A stretch of DNA of 64,000 nucleotides from Rhodospirillaceae bacterium (GTDB lineage Bacteria; Pseudomonadota; Alphaproteobacteria; MPNO01; UBA2964), in contig JAYQSM010000015.1 in the NCBI GenBank assembly GCA_038146885.1, positions 288,660 through 352,659 of the forward strand, in the 5' to 3' direction. Position numbers and translations under genes: made by a program. This document shows, piece after piece, positions 61,954 to 64,000 of this stretch. Under the pieces are notes generated by a model, which was given only the letters and a program-made list of their open reading frames with translations, had not been told where the DNA came from and did no database searches. Every line of letters begins with the position of its first letter. Within the stretch, counting starts at the first letter, position 1.

Positions 61954-62055
61954 TTCAGCTCGCATTCAAAACAATTTTTACATTCCTTATATGCGGACCA
62001 TTTCAGTCTGAAGTAACTTCGGGTAACGTCCGCGAAAAAGTCTGGTCTGAATACC

Positions 62056-62766
62056 ATGAATAAACCTGTAATCGGCCTCACACTGGATTACGAAGAAACA
62101 GATACATATGCCGCTACCCCGTGGTATGCCATCAGAGAAAACTATTGTGGGGCGGTAAGCCGTGCCGGCGGTGTCCCTATCGTCCTCCCTCATGAAACGA
62201 GTTCTGTCGAAGAATACCTCCGTTTAATTGACGGGTTGATAATTACAGGCGGAAATTTTGATTTAAACCCGGCTCTATTTGGCGCAGTTTTGAAGCACAG
62301 TTCGGTATTTTTAAAGGAGAAGAGAACTGAATTCGAACTTGCCATAGTCAGAGACTCTTTGGAAAAGGATATTCCTATTTTAGGAATATGTGGAGGAGAA
62401 CAACTTTTAAATGTAATACACGGAGGAACGCTAATTCAGCATATTCCAGACCAGATCAAAGGCTCGATCGAGCATGAACAAATTGGCCCGAAATCCGAGC
62501 CCGCTCACGAAATCAATATTTTGGAGGGAACACTCCTTCAGAAAATAGTAGGCTCTAGATCTATGTCGGTGAATTCCTCACATCATCAAGCTGTTTTGGC
62601 TACAAAAGATCCTGTTATTATCAATGCAGCTGCCCCTGACGGTGTAATAGAAGGAATCGAAAACCCCGAAAAAAAATTCTGTCTTGGTATTCAATGGCAT
62701 CCTGAATTTGAAATTAATGAGGGCGATAGATTGATTTTTTCTGCCTTAATTGAGGCATCAAAATGA
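62056..62766 (+). CDS. class I glutamine amidotransferase-like hydrolase (gamma-glutamyl-GABA hydrolase / peptidase C26 family)
   Basis: 236 aa with a Cys nucleophile elbow (GICGGEQLL) and QWHPE histidine motif. Confidence 0.75.
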   Translation: MNKPVIGLTLDYEETDTYAATPWYAIRENYCGAVSRAGGVPIVLPHETSSVEEYLRLIDGLIITGGNFDLNPALFGAVLKHSSVFLKEKRTEFELAIVRDSLEKDIPILGICGGEQLLNVIHGGTLIQHIPDQIKGSIEHEQIGPKSEPAHEINILEGTLLQKIVGSRSMSVNSSHHQAVLATKDPVIINAAAPDGVIEGIENPEKKFCLGIQWHPEFEINEGDRLIFSALIEASK

Positions 62767-63539
62767 GCATGGTTAGGACTGGAGAACGAATTGCTAAAAG
62801 GCTCTCGAGGACCGGTATTTGTTCCCGTCGAGAGGCTGAGAAAATGATTAGCCAGGGCCGGATCAAAATTGGAAGCACCGTGATTACAAGCCCAGCCACA
62901 TTGGTAACCGATACCGACATAATCCATTTTGATGGCAAAGAAATTGGTTTACCAGTCCAGAGCCGCCTGTGGCGCTACAACAAACCACGAGGGCTGATAT
63001 GCACAAATCGCGACCCCCAGGGGCGCCCCACAATATTCGATGCCCTTCCACGGGATTTTCCTCGCGTTATATTAGTGGGGAGATTAGACATTTCATCGGA
63101 AGGATTACTTCTTCTAACCAATGATGGAACTTTATCACGGCAACTTGAATTGCCGAGTACCGGCTGGGTTCGAAGGTATAGAGTCAGAGTTTTTGGCACA
63201 ATCGATCTGGAGTCGCTTAAGGCTTTGGAAGAGGGGATCTCTGTTGATGGAATACACTATGGCCCAATCATTGCCGCGCCTTTTGAGGGTGATAAGAAAA
63301 ATCAACACACCAAAAATTCATGGCTCTCAGTTTCTCTAAGGGAAGGGAAGAACAGAGAGGTCCGTCGTGTCCTGGAATATATTGGTCTAAAAGTAAATCG
63401 GCTTATCCGCATCTCCTACGGGCCGTTTCAATTGGGTAAGCTCCCGACGGGTAAGCTACAGGAAATACCCTCACATGTGCTCGCCGATCAATTCGGACAA
63501 AGTCTTCCTAAATTTCCAAAACCAAAATCACGCAATTAA
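62763..63539 (+). CDS. pseudouridine synthase (RluB/RsuA family, S4 domain)
   Basis: 258 aa. S4 domain (RIAKRLSRTGICSRREAEKMI) and a catalytic Asp motif (LVGRLDISSEGLLLL). Confidence 0.8.
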   Translation: MSMVRTGERIAKRLSRTGICSRREAEKMISQGRIKIGSTVITSPATLVTDTDIIHFDGKEIGLPVQSRLWRYNKPRGLICTNRDPQGRPTIFDALPRDFPRVILVGRLDISSEGLLLLTNDGTLSRQLELPSTGWVRRYRVRVFGTIDLESLKALEEGISVDGIHYGPIIAAPFEGDKKNQHTKNSWLSVSLREGKNREVRRVLEYIGLKVNRLIRISYGPFQLGKLPTGKLQEIPSHVLADQFGQSLPKFPKPKSRN

Positions 63540-63551
63540 TGGAGCAGCTTC

Positions 63552-64000
63552 TTGCGTATCGTGGCGGGAACACACAAGGGAAAATCAATTACGGCTCCAT
63601 CCGGGCAAACTTTGCGGCCAACCTCTGACCGCGCGCGGGAAGGCATCTTCAATAGCCTTTATCATGGAAATTCAAAAATTGGCATTGGCGACCACGTCAC
63701 CAATTCATGGGTTCTTGATGCCTTTTCGGGGACAGGGGCTATGGCGTTTGAAGCCTTATCCCGAGGTGCAAAATATGCCACATGCCTAGACTCCAGCCAA
63801 ATCTCAATCGAATGTTGCAGAACAAATGCAACCTCGCTTGGTTTCTCTAAAAATCTGACAATAACCCAATGTGACGTTTTATCCCCCCCTGTATCAAACA
63901 AGCCATGCTGTTTGATCTTCCTGGACCCGCCTTATTTTAAAGATCTCATTGAAAAATCTTTGATTTCTCTAGCCACCACCGGTTGGATCCAGGACAAGGC
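63552..64000 (+). CDS. rsmD: 16S rRNA (guanine966-N2)-methyltransferase RsmD, 5' partial (runs off window end)
   Basis: Not in the ORF track. TTG start followed by RIVAGTHKGKSITAPSGQTLRPTSDRAREGIFNSL...LDAFSGTGAMAFEALSRGA...LFLDPPY, which is a clear RsmD signature. Confidence 0.75.
   Translation, partial: MRIVAGTHKGKSITAPSGQTLRPTSDRAREGIFNSLYHGNSKIGIGDHVTNSWVLDAFSGTGAMAFEALSRGAKYATCLDSSQISIECCRTNATSLGFSKNLTITQCDVLSPPVSNKPCCLIFLDPPYFKDLIEKSLISLATTGWIQDK

Noticed and set aside
61763-62011. 82-aa ORF in the long intergenic region, and the 87-aa ORF at 31153-31416 in the coxB/tldD leader
   Set aside because: No recognisable motifs or ribosome-binding sites. They overlap candidate promoter or operator DNA and are probably noncoding, although a small protein cannot be excluded.

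Overview
This 64-kb window is a gene-dense alphaproteobacterial-type chromosomal segment, about 47% GC, consisting almost entirely of housekeeping operons. I found no tRNA or rRNA genes, CRISPR arrays, integrases, transposases or prophage-like blocks. Assignments rest on recognisable motifs in the ORF translations and on gene order; no database search was run.

In window order the main blocks are:
- A DUF2064 and GT2 glycosyltransferase pair.
- A Kef-type antiporter, rnhB, a CcrM-type N6-adenine methyltransferase, mutY, then the DUF721–dsbA–smc block.
- The ATP synthase F0 operon, atpI-B-E-F'-F.
- ispH, thrB, rnhA, dsbD, yqgE, an M16 peptidase, thrC, an M32 carboxypeptidase and a NAPRTase-family gene.
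- A complete aa3 cytochrome oxidase locus: SURF1, DUF983, ctaE, ctaG, ctaB, ctaD, coxB.
- tldD, gshA, rsmE, ubiA, a hypothetical gene, ubiD and pmbA.
- A RimB-like protease fused to a RimK ATP-grasp ligase.
- The late lipid A / Kdo block: msbA, DUF374, waaA, lpxK, lpxL.
- An M23 peptidase, xseA, purD, an SDR and a hotdog thioesterase.
- An accessory-looking module: a TAXI-TRAP transporter, an alpha/beta hydrolase, a PhyH-family dioxygenase and two tandem UbiD-family decarboxylase paralogs.
- tadA, a divergent AMDase/racemase-family gene, a class I glutamine amidotransferase hydrolase, a pseudouridine synthase, and the 5' part of rsmD.

The most unusual observations are:
- Four conserved genes (a CPA2 antiporter, smc, an M16 peptidase and ctaD) are each broken by a single-nucleotide indel at a short homopolymer. 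This points to sequencing or assembly error, or possibly recent gene decay.
- A tandem pair of UbiD-like decarboxylases, clustered with PhyH, a hydrolase and a TAXI-TRAP transporter, sits apart from the canonical ubiA–ubiD locus. This looks like an uncharacterised decarboxylation or catabolic module. It is the strongest candidate for something new.
- Small structural elements include an intercistronic hairpin after atpE, a tandem 12-bp repeat upstream of atpE, a terminator between the TAXI binding protein and its permease, and clustered inverted repeats in a 370-bp divergent intergenic region.
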